Positions 37,100 to 47,023 of a DNA stretch of 64,000 nucleotides are shown here, piece by piece. This stretch comes from an uncultured Verrucomicrobiae bacterium. Its GTDB lineage: Bacteria; Verrucomicrobiota; Verrucomicrobiia; Chthoniobacterales; UBA10450. Location: NCBI GenBank assembly GCA_963801815.1, contig CAWDGJ010000008.1, positions 32,001-96,000 on the forward strand, given 5' to 3'. The notes beneath the pieces were generated by a model. That model did no database searches. It was not told the origin of the DNA and saw only the letters and a list, made by a program, of their open reading frames with translations. How positions within the stretch are numbered: the first letter of the stretch is position 1; every line of letters starts with the position of its first letter. The position numbers were made by a program, and so were the translations under genes.

Positions 37100-37909
37100 A
37101 TGAATCGAAGATCGGGAAGGGTCCGCAGCCAGAAGACGTCCCGCGGAGTGAAAGCCGCGCATTATGTCCAACCGACACGCCGGGGCTCCGGGGCGATGAC
37201 ATCCCTCATGGTCCCCACTCGATGGGTAAAATTTTTCTTCGGAATTTTTCTCCTCCCGGTCTGCGGGATCGCGACTCAGACTTTCTTCACCGCGTTCGCG
37301 CGCGCGACCGTCTCTCAACACTTATGGACCGCTGAACCGTTTTGGTTTTTTTCGCTGGGCGCGGTCCTCTGGCTCATCGCGTTTATGGGCCTGCCGCGGC
37401 CGATTCTTCTCTATGTTTTCGGCCACGAGGTGACTCACGCAATTTGGGTTTGGTTAATGGGCGGCCGCGTCAGCCGTTTCCGCGTCGGACGCGACGGCGG
37501 CCACATTGTCACCAATCGAACGAATTTTTGGATTGCGCTGGCGCCGTATTTTTTCCCGTTCTACAGCATTCTCGCCATCGCGATTTACGGTGTGCTCAGC
37601 ATTTTCTACAACGTGCAACCGTACGGCCGATTGCTTTACGCTATCATCGGCGCGACTTGGGCGTTTCATCTCACGTTCACCTGCTGGATGATCCCAAAAA
37701 GCCAAAGCGACCTTCGGGATCACGGCACATTTTTCTCACTCGTTGTGATCTACCTGATGAACCTTGTTCTTCTGTCGGTGCTATTAATCGTCGCCTCGCC
37801 CCACATCACATTCACAAGCTTCGGAGCAGATCTCGCGAAAAACCTCGGAAACTTTTCCCACTGGTTGAGTGATTTGACGGAGCGATTCGCCCGAGGCACA
37901 CAACATTAG
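37100..37909 (+). CDS. Membrane protein with HExxH motif (peptidase M50B-like)
   Basis: YVFGHEVTHA..GG.V..F....GG, IALAPYF, QSDL; multiple TM helices; start uncertain. Confidence 0.65.
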   Translation: MNRRSGRVRSQKTSRGVKAAHYVQPTRRGSGAMTSLMVPTRWVKFFFGIFLLPVCGIATQTFFTAFARATVSQHLWTAEPFWFFSLGAVLWLIAFMGLPRPILLYVFGHEVTHAIWVWLMGGRVSRFRVGRDGGHIVTNRTNFWIALAPYFFPFYSILAIAIYGVLSIFYNVQPYGRLLYAIIGATWAFHLTFTCWMIPKSQSDLRDHGTFFSLVVIYLMNLVLLSVLLIVASPHITFTSFGADLAKNLGNFSHWLSDLTERFARGTQH

Positions 37910-40755
37910 TTCGCCAGGATTGCGAACGGCAGCACCGGCATCGCGTCAGCAACTCGAATCTGATGATTTTGAATTGGCGATTCACGCCCGGTAAAAATTT
38001 CGCGCGTCTGGCCGACGGCCATCGCTTCGGGCAGGTCGATCGTAGTGTCTTTCCAACGGTCGCCGGCAGGCGGGAAGCCGACGCGCGACGAAAGTCGCGG
38101 CGCGATTACGACGATCCACTTCGCACCCAACTGCCGCGCAAAGGCAATGCAATTATCGGCAAATGTGCCGACCGGGTGTAGCGGCACATAATTTCCATTT
38201 TGGAAAAGATCGACATTTTCCGTCCGAAAATGCAGCGCTCGTTGCGTCAGAAACATTTTGATTCGGCCGTCGGGCCAGTTTTGCAACAGTTCCTCCGGCG
38301 TTTTGCTGGACAAACACGACAGCATTTTCGCGCGCAATTTGTAATCGACGCGCCGGCGATTGTCGGGATCGACTAGCGAGAAATCCCAAATCTCATTTCC
38401 CTGATAAATGTCCGGAACGCCCGGCGAAGTCAGTTTCAGCAAAGTTTGAGAAAGTGAGTTGATCGCGCCCAGTCGCGCGATTTCCGCCGCGACCGGGAGA
38501 AAAAGCGGAAGGAATTTGTTTTTCGGCGTCGGATCCAGAATTCGCGCCACGAAATCACGCGTCGCGGCCAGCCAGGGCTCGTTAGGCCGGATCCAACTTG
38601 TGTTGAGCTTGGCTTCGTTCAACGCCTTGGTCATGTAATTCTGGATCCGGTCGACGTATTCGAGACCGACGTCTCGCTGCGGCGCTCCATCCGGCCCGAT
38701 TGGCCACGTCCCAAGCAAAGTTTGATATAGCAAATACTCCTCGTTCGCGTCCGGCGCTTCCATGTCATCGACATCTTTTTTCCAGCGACGATTCGCGGTT
38801 CGCCATTTTTGAAGCGAACGCCGCCAGGTCTCGACCATTTCGGAAATCGCGAGCATTCGCGCGCGAACATCTTCGCTCCGCTTCGTATCGTGACTGGAGG
38901 TCGCGAGCAACGTTGCCGGCCAGTTGCGTTGTCGATCCAAATTCCGTTCGTGAAATGCTTCGACGCTCAGTCCGAATTGCTGCGGCTCGCCGCCGACCTC
39001 GTTCAACGCGGCGAGTCGATTGTAAATGTAAAAGACCGTGTCCTCGAGACCTTTCGCCATGATTGGCCCGGTGAACTGCTGAAACTTGAGGACGAAGTGC
39101 GTATGTTCCTCGCGCGCCTGCGCGTCGAGGTTTTCCGGAAATCGAAACAGCAAAATATCGCGCAGAAAATTGAAGATCGATTCTTCGATCGCTGGGTTGC
39201 GCCGCTTGGCTGCGGCGATTGCGCGCTCGAGGACTTGCCGATCTTCTTCGCTGACCGGCTGACCAGGAGCGAGATACGTTCGATAAACCGGGAAACAGGC
39301 GATCGTTTCCCGAACCGCCCGGGCCAGCGCTTCAAATGTGAAGTCGCGATACCAGCGATTTTTCTCAGACAAGCGATCGAGCATATTGCCGAGGATTTCG
39401 ACCTCGTTCGCGAGCGCGATTCGCATAACCAGGCGCTTCTTGGCGTAAACGAGGTGGCCGAAATGCATCGTGTGACCGATGAACCGGTGAAATGTTTTGG
39501 TGATCGCCGCTTCTGCCGAAGTGTCTGCTAAAACGCCGGCCACTTGATTGGTGAAATCGTAACCCGTAGTACCGTGCACCGGCCAATCGCCGCGCAGTTT
39601 CTCCGCTCCGATAAGAACTTTTTCGACGATCAGATAGACGGCACGTCCATCTTTCGGCAGCGTTACGCCAAGCGCTTTGCCGCTGCGCCGCTGAAGTTTC
39701 TCCAGATATTCCCTGGGAAGATACAAACCGTCTGGATGATCGATCCGCAACCCAGTGACCGCTCCGGTGCGGACGAGGTCCAGGACCAGCTCGTGCGCGG
39801 CCTCGAACACTTCGGGTAACTCCATCCGGATCGCGGCCAGATCGTTTACGTCGAAAAACCGGCGATAATTAATTTCTTCCGCCGCAACTCGCCAGAACGC
39901 GAGACGATAAGATTGCGCGTTGAGCAGTTCGTCGAGTTTATCGAAACTGCGCGGGTCGCCCGGGCGTCCGTTGATTTGCGCGAGCGCCTGTTCGATCGCG
40001 CGTTGCACTTGCGGTGCTTCCTGGCATCGTCGCTCGAGTCGGCGTTTCACAATTTCCTTTTCTCGCGCGCGCTCGGCAATTTTTTCAGGATCGATTTCGG
40101 TCCGGCGCGGCAAATACTCGAGCGCGGTCAGAATACTTTGGAACTCGGCGTAAAAGGCTTCGTCCTTGTACTCGGCAAGATTTTCCAGCGCCAACTCGAG
40201 CACGTGGCGATAGGTCCCCGGTGCGATTGGAAACTGTTGCTTTCGATATTCGAGACAGAAAGCGCCCTCGTCGAAAACTACTTTGAATTCGCCACGCTCC
40301 AGCACGCGTCCGTATTGGTCGGTCAAGATTGGGAGAAGAACTTTATCGTGAAGGTCCGACTTCAGCGGATGCCAGTCGATGTCAAAGTACGGCGCATACA
40401 TTGAGCTGGGGCCATTTTCGAGCACGTCCATCCACCATTTGTTGCCCGACTGCATGACGCCCATGTGATTCGGCACGAAATCCAGAACCTGACCCATGCC
40501 GCTCGCGCGCAGTTCCGCCACGAACGAATCGTATTCTTCGCGTGAGCCGATCGCCGCATTCAGCTGATTATGATCGGTGATGTCATAACCGTGCATGCTA
40601 TCCGGGCTCGCCTGGAAATACGGCGAGGCATAAACGTCGCTGACTCCGAGCTCATGAAGGTACGGAACAATCTCTCGCGCCTGTGCAAACGTGAACCGTC
40701 GGTTGAACTGCAACCGGTAGGTACAAACTGGAATGCGCGGATGTTCGGTTTTCAT
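37906..40755 (-). CDS. treY: Malto-oligosyltrehalose synthase (GH13)
   Basis: TYRLQF, S.HGYD, DFVPNHMG, INYRRFFDVNDL, GLRIDHPDGL, VEKVL, HDTKRSEDVRAR, SLVDPDNRR.VDY. Confidence 0.96.
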   Translation of the reverse strand: MKTEHPRIPVCTYRLQFNRRFTFAQAREIVPYLHELGVSDVYASPYFQASPDSMHGYDITDHNQLNAAIGSREEYDSFVAELRASGMGQVLDFVPNHMGVMQSGNKWWMDVLENGPSSMYAPYFDIDWHPLKSDLHDKVLLPILTDQYGRVLERGEFKVVFDEGAFCLEYRKQQFPIAPGTYRHVLELALENLAEYKDEAFYAEFQSILTALEYLPRRTEIDPEKIAERAREKEIVKRRLERRCQEAPQVQRAIEQALAQINGRPGDPRSFDKLDELLNAQSYRLAFWRVAAEEINYRRFFDVNDLAAIRMELPEVFEAAHELVLDLVRTGAVTGLRIDHPDGLYLPREYLEKLQRRSGKALGVTLPKDGRAVYLIVEKVLIGAEKLRGDWPVHGTTGYDFTNQVAGVLADTSAEAAITKTFHRFIGHTMHFGHLVYAKKRLVMRIALANEVEILGNMLDRLSEKNRWYRDFTFEALARAVRETIACFPVYRTYLAPGQPVSEEDRQVLERAIAAAKRRNPAIEESIFNFLRDILLFRFPENLDAQAREEHTHFVLKFQQFTGPIMAKGLEDTVFYIYNRLAALNEVGGEPQQFGLSVEAFHERNLDRQRNWPATLLATSSHDTKRSEDVRARMLAISEMVETWRRSLQKWRTANRRWKKDVDDMEAPDANEEYLLYQTLLGTWPIGPDGAPQRDVGLEYVDRIQNYMTKALNEAKLNTSWIRPNEPWLAATRDFVARILDPTPKNKFLPLFLPVAAEIARLGAINSLSQTLLKLTSPGVPDIYQGNEIWDFSLVDPDNRRRVDYKLRAKMLSCLSSKTPEELLQNWPDGRIKMFLTQRALHFRTENVDLFQNGNYVPLHPVGTFADNCIAFARQLGAKWIVVIAPRLSSRVGFPPAGDRWKDTTIDLPEAMAVGQTREIFTGRESPIQNHQIRVADAMPVLPFAILAN

Positions 40756-40858
40756 GAGACCGAAGCAAACGTCGAACGCTGAACGCCGAACGTCCAACGC
40801 CGAATGCAGAATCTGATCTCGCCTTCCGGTGCTCGAGATTGGGCGTTCGAAGTTTGCC

Positions 40859-42583
40859 TTACATTCTCTCCGGCACCTTGATGCCTAACAAATCGAGTCC
40901 GCGCTGCAACACGCGGCCGGTCAAATCGCATAGCGCGAGACGGGACCCCCGTGTCGGCTCGTCCGACTTCAGAACCGGGCAGGCTTCGTAGAAACCGTGA
41001 AAATTATTCGCCAGCTCGAAAAGATAGTTTGCCAGAATGTTTGGCCGGAAATCGTTCAGTACCTGAGGAACAATCTCAGCGAACTGGCAAAGTCGTCGCG
41101 CCAGATTGATCTCCGTCGCTTCAAGCAATTGGAAATTCGTTAGACTCGACGGTTTAAAGCCATTGAGTTCGCGTTCGGTCGCTTTCCGAAAGATCGAGCG
41201 AATTCGGACATAGGCGTTTTGCAAATAGGGCGCGGTGTTCCCTTGCAACGCGAGCATCTTGTCCCAGGAAAAAACGTAATCGGTCATCCGATACTGCACG
41301 AGATCGGCGTACTTGACCGAGCCGATACCAATCGTGCGGGCGATGTCGTTCTTTTCCTGTTCGGTTAAGTCCGGATTTTTTTCTTCGATGATTTTGCGCG
41401 CGCGGCTGCACGCTTCTTGGAGCAACTGCCGAAGCGGGACGTTGTCGCCCGAACGTGTCTTCATCAGCTTTCGGTCTTCGCCAAGAACGTTGCCGAACGG
41501 AATGTGACGGAACTCCGCCTTGAACCCTTCGCGGCGTGCGATCTCGAAAATTTGTTTGAAGTGCAATGTTTGCGGCGCACCGACCACGTACCAGAGCGTA
41601 TCGCGCTTCAATTCATTGATTCGGTACTCGACGGTCGCGATGTCGCTCGTGGCGTAATTGAATCCGCCGTCGCTCTTGCGAATAATGCACGGTTTGTCGG
41701 CAAGCTCTGGTATCTCGTGGAAGAAAACGACGACCGCCCCTTCGCTGACCTCAGCAATCTTCGATTTGAGCAAACGATCAACGACACCAGCGAGGCGATC
41801 GTTATAAAAGCTTTCGCCGCACTGGAGGTCATAGTGAATATCGAGCAATTCGTAAACATGCTCGAAGTCCTGCATGGAAAGTGCGACGCATTCGTTCCAG
41901 ATATCGAGGTTTTCCTTGTCGCCGGATTGAAGCTTAACCAGCTCCTGGCGGCAGGCTTCACGCACTGCGGGGTCGGCTGTCGATCTTGCGTTTGCCTCTT
42001 TGTAAATCCGAACAATCTCGGCGAGTGGCTCACGCTGGAGCGCATCGCGATTGAGGAGGTTTTTCCAACCCCAGATCACCATTCCGAACTGCGTGCCCCA
42101 ATCCCCGATGTGATTGTCGCGGATGACGTCGTGGCCAAGAAACGAGGCAATCCGCGCGAGCGCGTCGCCGAGCGCGGTGCTGCGGATGTGACCGACGTGC
42201 ATCGGCTTGGCCACGTTTGGCGAGCCGAAGTCGATCACGATTTTTTTCGGCGAGATCGATTCTGTAACTCCGAGGCGTTCGTCCGCGAACAGCCCCAGGG
42301 TTTGCCCGGCAATCGCGTCGGTGCGCAATCTGAAATTGATGAAACCCGCGCCAGCGACAGTTGGTGTCTCGGAAACGTCGGCGATGTCGAGATGTTTCAG
42401 GATTTTTTCAGCGACGTTTCTCGGATTTTCACCGCGTTGTTTTCCCAAAACAAGCGCCGCGTTCGTCTGGTAATCGCCAAAGCGTGGATCGGTCGCCTGG
42501 GTCAGGTCGCCGGCATCCGGCAATCCGGCTTTCGCCAGGGCGTGAGCCAATTTTTTCGCGAGAATTTCCTGGAACGTTTGCAT
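40859..42583 (-). CDS. argS: Arginine--tRNA ligase
   Basis: FGDYQ.N, SPNVAKPMHVGHIRS, NHIGDWGTQFG, KTRSG, GNTAPYLQ.AY.R, C-terminal ERM. Confidence 0.97.
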   Translation of the reverse strand: MQTFQEILAKKLAHALAKAGLPDAGDLTQATDPRFGDYQTNAALVLGKQRGENPRNVAEKILKHLDIADVSETPTVAGAGFINFRLRTDAIAGQTLGLFADERLGVTESISPKKIVIDFGSPNVAKPMHVGHIRSTALGDALARIASFLGHDVIRDNHIGDWGTQFGMVIWGWKNLLNRDALQREPLAEIVRIYKEANARSTADPAVREACRQELVKLQSGDKENLDIWNECVALSMQDFEHVYELLDIHYDLQCGESFYNDRLAGVVDRLLKSKIAEVSEGAVVVFFHEIPELADKPCIIRKSDGGFNYATSDIATVEYRINELKRDTLWYVVGAPQTLHFKQIFEIARREGFKAEFRHIPFGNVLGEDRKLMKTRSGDNVPLRQLLQEACSRARKIIEEKNPDLTEQEKNDIARTIGIGSVKYADLVQYRMTDYVFSWDKMLALQGNTAPYLQNAYVRIRSIFRKATERELNGFKPSSLTNFQLLEATEINLARRLCQFAEIVPQVLNDFRPNILANYLFELANNFHGFYEACPVLKSDEPTRGSRLALCDLTGRVLQRGLDLLGIKVPERM

Positions 42584-42623
42584 TCGAGTTCCACTTTAGC
42601 CGCTTCGCCACGCGAAGCGAGAG

Positions 42624-42712
42624 GGTGGATCGAGCAGTCCCTTGCTCGATGTTAAACTTTGCGGCGAAGCCGCATTTATTCCAGCATCGCCCGCGGAGCG
42701 GCTGATCCACCT
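42624..42712. repeat. ~90-bp REPIN-like element (GGTGGATC family), intergenic copy
   Basis: Homologous to 14801-14889 and 23182-23271; overlaps the stop of the PTS IIA gene. Confidence 0.85.
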
Positions 42713-43178
42713 ACACTTTTTGCGCCGAGCTCTGGAAGATCGACAGGATCTCTTGAGTGGATTTGGCGTTCGCGAGTTTATCACGCGTGCCGCGATCGTT
42801 CAGGAACTTGGCTATTGAGGCCAAAGTGCGCAGATGGGTCTGAAACTGGTTCTTGGGAACAATGAATAGCACGACGAACTTCACCGGCGCGTTATCGAGG
42901 GCATCGAACTCGATGCCACTTGTCGACCGTCCAAATGCCGCAACCACATTGTCGATCCGATCGGAGGAGCAGTGCGGAATCGCGATCCCGAAGCCGATCC
43001 CGGTGCTCATCGTTTCCTCACGTTGTTTGAGTGAAGCGAGGATGCTGTCGCGATCTTCGGTTTTGATTTTGCCGAGGCTCACCAGCAAATCGATCAGTTC
43101 GACGATGGCCGGCCAACGCTCGGTGGCCTTCATCTCGGGGACGATTTGTTCAGCCGAAAGTAGATTTCCCAACGACAT
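42711..43178 (-). CDS. PTS EIIA type-2 (fructose/Ntr-like) protein
   Basis: REETMSTGIGFGIAIPH (phospho-His), GIEFDALD..PV, HL..LA. Confidence 0.92.
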   Translation of the reverse strand: MSLGNLLSAEQIVPEMKATERWPAIVELIDLLVSLGKIKTEDRDSILASLKQREETMSTGIGFGIAIPHCSSDRIDNVVAAFGRSTSGIEFDALDNAPVKFVVLFIVPKNQFQTHLRTLASIAKFLNDRGTRDKLANAKSTQEILSIFQSSAQKV

Positions 43179-43244
43179 GCAAATGCGCGATTTCGGGAGC
43201 GCAAGCTTAGCGGTGACGGTTACATTGACAAGCGCATTTCAGGC

Positions 43245-43943
43245 TCAGGAATCGCGTATTTTATAATTCAATCGCCTTGAAAGCAGCCATCGGACGCCGA
43301 ACATGTCCATCGTTGCCCGCCATGCGCGGCTACCGAAGCCATATTTCGTCTGGCCGAAACGGCGCGGGCGATGATTTACCGGAATCTCGACTAACCGATA
43401 GCCGGCACCGCGAACGAGCGCCGGAATGAATCGGTGCATTCCCTTGAATGGAACCAGCGCGTCGGCGCATTCGCGCCGCATCGCTTTAAGTGTGCAGCCC
43501 GTATCGCGCACGTAATCCCTGGTAAACCGGCTGCGAACAAAATTCGCGATCCGACTCGTCAGACGTTTCGTCACCGTGTCCTTCCGTTTGACGCGATAAC
43601 CGCAGGCCAAATCGGCTCCGCGCGAAACTTCCTCGACCAACCGCGGAATGTCGGCAGGATCGTTTTGCAGATCACTGTCGATCATAACGATCGTCTGACC
43701 GCGCGCGGCCTTGATCCCAGCGTAAAGAGCCGCGCTTTGGCCGGTATTTTTTTCAAACTGCAAGACCCGCACGTTCGGTGCGCGCTGAATCATGTCAGCG
43801 CTGCGATCAGTCGAGCCGTCGTCGACAAAAATGATTTCATGATCCAGGCCCGTGAGCGCGGTGCGCAACTCGGATTGCAAGATAGACATGTTCTCTTCTT
43901 CGTTGAAAACGGGAACGACAACCGAAACTGCCGGCGAGTTCAT
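43245..43943 (-). CDS. GT2 polyprenyl-phosphate glycosyltransferase (ArnC/Dpm1-like)
   Basis: VPVFNEEEN, VDDGSTD, N.GQSAAL, DSDLQNDPADIP, DTGCTLK, MHRFIP, V.HRPR..G..KY. Confidence 0.92.
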   Translation of the reverse strand: MNSPAVSVVVPVFNEEENMSILQSELRTALTGLDHEIIFVDDGSTDRSADMIQRAPNVRVLQFEKNTGQSAALYAGIKAARGQTIVMIDSDLQNDPADIPRLVEEVSRGADLACGYRVKRKDTVTKRLTSRIANFVRSRFTRDYVRDTGCTLKAMRRECADALVPFKGMHRFIPALVRGAGYRLVEIPVNHRPRRFGQTKYGFGSRAWRATMDMFGVRWLLSRRLNYKIRDS

Positions 43944-45511
43944 AACGGGAGCGTCCGGTAATGCCGGCAGAGGAACAGTTGCCAGTAGCGCACATGTTTG
44001 CCAAACCGCTTCAACTCGATTGTTCCGAGTGGCTCTGTAGATTCGAATGCCGCGCGAATGTTATGAGGCGGTTTTTTCGCAAAGTTCCGGATCAATAGCG
44101 CGCTGCGGCCGACAAAAGGGTTTTCGCCTTTTTGTTCTGTAAAAGTTTCGTCCGGCGCTTGGTTCGCTCTTGCCGGAACGTCGACGAATTGGTCGTAGCG
44201 CGGCCAGAACGAGAACTCGTTAATCAAATCCTGCGACTCGACCAGATAGCACGGTGGATGTCCCGGGCCTTCGACGCGTTTGTCTTTCAGATAAAACGAA
44301 ATCTCGGAGGCGCGATGACGTTCATCCGCGATCAGGAACAATCTCTCGCCGAGCTTACCTTCCAGCTCGGTGCGAATTCTCTCCACCTCGGCAGTCATCA
44401 TTTTCCAGCCGCGAAGCCGGTCGCTCGGATCGCTGCGCCCAAAAGGGATGCCGGCGCTGCGAAGCAGATCGGAATCAAGAGCAAAAATGCTAATGACAAA
44501 TCCGAGGAGCACCGCGGCCCCGAGAAAGGATCTCGTGACGCGAGACTGCGCGTGTTCCTGCCAATAATGGATCGCTAGCAATCCGAAACTAATAAAAGAG
44601 ACCGCATCCCAGTTCGGCGTCGCGACGTGATTAATCGAAAGTAGAAAGTAAAAAGCGAATACCGGCGCGCCAAACCAGAAAAGGAACAGCACTTTGAATT
44701 GCTGATTTACCCGGCGCCAGCCGGCGACCACCGCCCAGACCAGCGCGCCAAAAAGCAGGGGCGAATAGAAAATGAAATGTTCGCCGAAAAATTTGATCGG
44801 CTCGAGCGGCCTGAACCCGACGTGTTGGGTCAGGCTGCCGCGGGTGCGTAAATGAAGCAACGTGATCCAGGCGTGTTGGGCGTTCCAGACGATCGGCGGC
44901 AGCGTGCAGATGATGAAGATTCCGAGCAGCCAGTAGAAACCGGGCCGCTTGAATTCCTGTCGCAATCGCGGCGCGAACGCGAGGACCATGAGCACGCAGA
45001 CAACTTCGAATGCATTCGTAAACCGGCTGAGAAACCCGAGGCCGATTAGCAATCCGGTCAGCGGCCACCAAAACGAAAACCGCGGACTCTTTTCAACCGC
45101 CAGCCAGAACGTGAACATCGATGCGGTCCAAAAGAAAATCGACAACGCGTCGGTCGTCATGACGAATGCACCCACGTTAAATATTGGCGCGACGTTAAGT
45201 GCGATCACCGCCCAGAGTCCGACGTTCTCGTTGAATAACCGCCGACCAAAATAGAAAAGGAGCAAACTTGAACCTGCCGCGAGGATCGGACTCCAAAAGC
45301 GCACGCCAAACTCGGTCGGGCCGAAAACCGCCGTGCTCGCGCGAATCGCGAAGGCAATGCCTGGACCTTTGCTGAAATAACCGGGTGCGAGCCGCTCCGA
45401 CCACATCCAGTAATGGGCCTCATCGAATTCGAGATCGGTGGATCCCAGCATCGACAATCGCACCAGCGTGAGGGCGAGGATGAACAGCCAGACTGCGCGC
45501 GTTTTGCTCAT
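43940..45511 (-). CDS. ArnT/PMT-like (GT39/GT83) membrane glycosyltransferase
   Basis: DEAHYW.WS..L..GYFSK.P, FG.TEFGVR, P.IVWNAQH.W; many TM helices. Confidence 0.88.
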   Translation of the reverse strand: MSKTRAVWLFILALTLVRLSMLGSTDLEFDEAHYWMWSERLAPGYFSKGPGIAFAIRASTAVFGPTEFGVRFWSPILAAGSSLLLFYFGRRLFNENVGLWAVIALNVAPIFNVGAFVMTTDALSIFFWTASMFTFWLAVEKSPRFSFWWPLTGLLIGLGFLSRFTNAFEVVCVLMVLAFAPRLRQEFKRPGFYWLLGIFIICTLPPIVWNAQHAWITLLHLRTRGSLTQHVGFRPLEPIKFFGEHFIFYSPLLFGALVWAVVAGWRRVNQQFKVLFLFWFGAPVFAFYFLLSINHVATPNWDAVSFISFGLLAIHYWQEHAQSRVTRSFLGAAVLLGFVISIFALDSDLLRSAGIPFGRSDPSDRLRGWKMMTAEVERIRTELEGKLGERLFLIADERHRASEISFYLKDKRVEGPGHPPCYLVESQDLINEFSFWPRYDQFVDVPARANQAPDETFTEQKGENPFVGRSALLIRNFAKKPPHNIRAAFESTEPLGTIELKRFGKHVRYWQLFLCRHYRTLPL

Positions 45512-46155
45512 CAGCTCGGATTAACGACCAAAGTTGGATGTGCCGCAAAGACTCGAGGTGCGAATTTCGGCGCCAGCCATCGCCAGAGTACTTCCAGCAG
45601 GACGAGAATAAAAAACGTTTCAGCCGCGGCCAGGAACACCGTGCCGATTACATCGCTCGGCCAGTGCGCGCCTAAATAAACGCGGGAATAACCGACGAGC
45701 GCGGCAAAAAACCAGTAGAGCCAACCGCGCTTGTAAAACAGCGTCAGACAAATCGCGGCGATCGTGTTGTTCACCATATGACCGGAAGGGAAAGACGGAT
45801 CGCCTCGCTTGCGATCGGATTCGTCCGAGCGACGCACGACCGGCTTTTTGAAGATCGACATAAATTCGGGGCGGCCTTTTTCCAGTCGCACCATGCGAAT
45901 CGAATCGAGGTGCTTCGGTCGTTTGCGGTTGATCGCCGATTTCAAGGTGTTCGTCACTGGCTCGGCGATCACAATCGCGATCAGCAGACAAAAAATGCAG
46001 GCCCGCGCTCTGAACCCGCCAAACACCAACGCGGCGAAAATCACGATAATCAGCAACGGTTTCCACACGTCGGCGTCGCTAATGGCGGCCATGAACAAAT
46101 CCAGCATTGGATTCGTCCAGCGTTCGTTGATCAGATGAAAAAGCTGCTGGTCCAT
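45511..46155 (-). CDS. PAP2-family phosphatase
   Basis: K....RKRP, SFPSGH, SRVYLGAHWPSDV. Confidence 0.92.
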   Translation of the reverse strand: MDQQLFHLINERWTNPMLDLFMAAISDADVWKPLLIIVIFAALVFGGFRARACIFCLLIAIVIAEPVTNTLKSAINRKRPKHLDSIRMVRLEKGRPEFMSIFKKPVVRRSDESDRKRGDPSFPSGHMVNNTIAAICLTLFYKRGWLYWFFAALVGYSRVYLGAHWPSDVIGTVFLAAAETFFILVLLEVLWRWLAPKFAPRVFAAHPTLVVNPS

Positions 46156-46208
46156 TTGCGTTCGGTGGGACGATAAGTGATTCGTTGAAGCGTTAAAGAG
46201 TTAAAGCG

Positions 46209-46901
46209 ATGAAGCGGACAATACTCTCGATTCCGATATCGCTCGGTTTAACGCTGCACCTCTTCAGCGCTTCAACTACCAATGCAGCGCCGCCTCCGTC
46301 CGCGCAGGAAATTCTCGAGTCAGTCCGCATGCTCGAAACACAACAACAACTCGATCTCGACGGCCAGCTCCGGCAGAACGACACGGTGGTCCCCTTTCAC
46401 ATCAGTCAAAACGGTCCGTTGATTCGCTATTCGTTCACTGATCCGGATGAAGTTTTGCAACTCCGCCTCGAGGAAAACGGTTCGCGTCTCGACCTCGTCA
46501 CCGAGGACGGTGCGGAAAAGTTTCCACCCGAGAAGCTGGACGAAAAAATCCGCGGCACCGGCGTTACTTATGAAGACCTTGCCCTCAAGTTTCTTTACTG
46601 GCCAGGCGGGCGTGTGCTTGGCGACGAAACTGTCCATGCCCGAAGTTGCTGGAAATTGCAATTGACCGCGCCGACGAGTGATACTCAATACGCGAACGTT
46701 TTTCTCTGGGCCGACAAGAAGAGTGGCGCGCTCATGCGTATGGAAGGTTATGACGCCGGCGGAAAGCTGGTGAAACGGTTCGAAGTTGTTTCCACCCAGA
46801 AGATCGACAACCGCTGGTTTCTAAAGCAAATGCGGGTGGAAGAAATCCAGCCCGGCACGAACAAAGTGCAGTCCCGTACTTACCTCGAGATCAAGAAGTA
46901 G
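46209..46901 (+). CDS. Outer-membrane lipoprotein-sorting (LolA-like) protein
   Basis: Signal peptide; GT.VTYEDL, GDE......CW, W.DK..GA.MR.EGYD..GK..KR. Confidence 0.65.
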   Translation: MKRTILSIPISLGLTLHLFSASTTNAAPPPSAQEILESVRMLETQQQLDLDGQLRQNDTVVPFHISQNGPLIRYSFTDPDEVLQLRLEENGSRLDLVTEDGAEKFPPEKLDEKIRGTGVTYEDLALKFLYWPGGRVLGDETVHARSCWKLQLTAPTSDTQYANVFLWADKKSGALMRMEGYDAGGKLVKRFEVVSTQKIDNRWFLKQMRVEEIQPGTNKVQSRTYLEIKK

Positions 46902-47023
46902 CGGCGGTTTACAACCGGTCCGAGCGGGACTGGCGTTTGGCGATTGAGGTCAATTCTGCCGCTCTGCGGCAAACTAAAAGCGGGTACATTCTGATACCCT
47001 AGCGGGAGCGTAATCGCCTCTAC
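46898..47023. repeat. GTAG...CTAC-bounded REPIN-like element with nested inserts (17-bp repeat at 46918-46934)
   Basis: GTAGCGGCGGTT..GGCGATTGAGGTCAAT[..]AATCGCCTCTAC; related to 51302-51343 (GGCGATTGAAGTCAATCGCCGCTAC). Confidence 0.7.

Noticed and set aside
41417..42655. 412-aa ORF antisense to argS (likewise 30064-31065, 12054-12815, 2885-3637, and same-strand 35377-36354)
   Set aside because: Shadow frames of well-conserved genes with no recognisable motifs.
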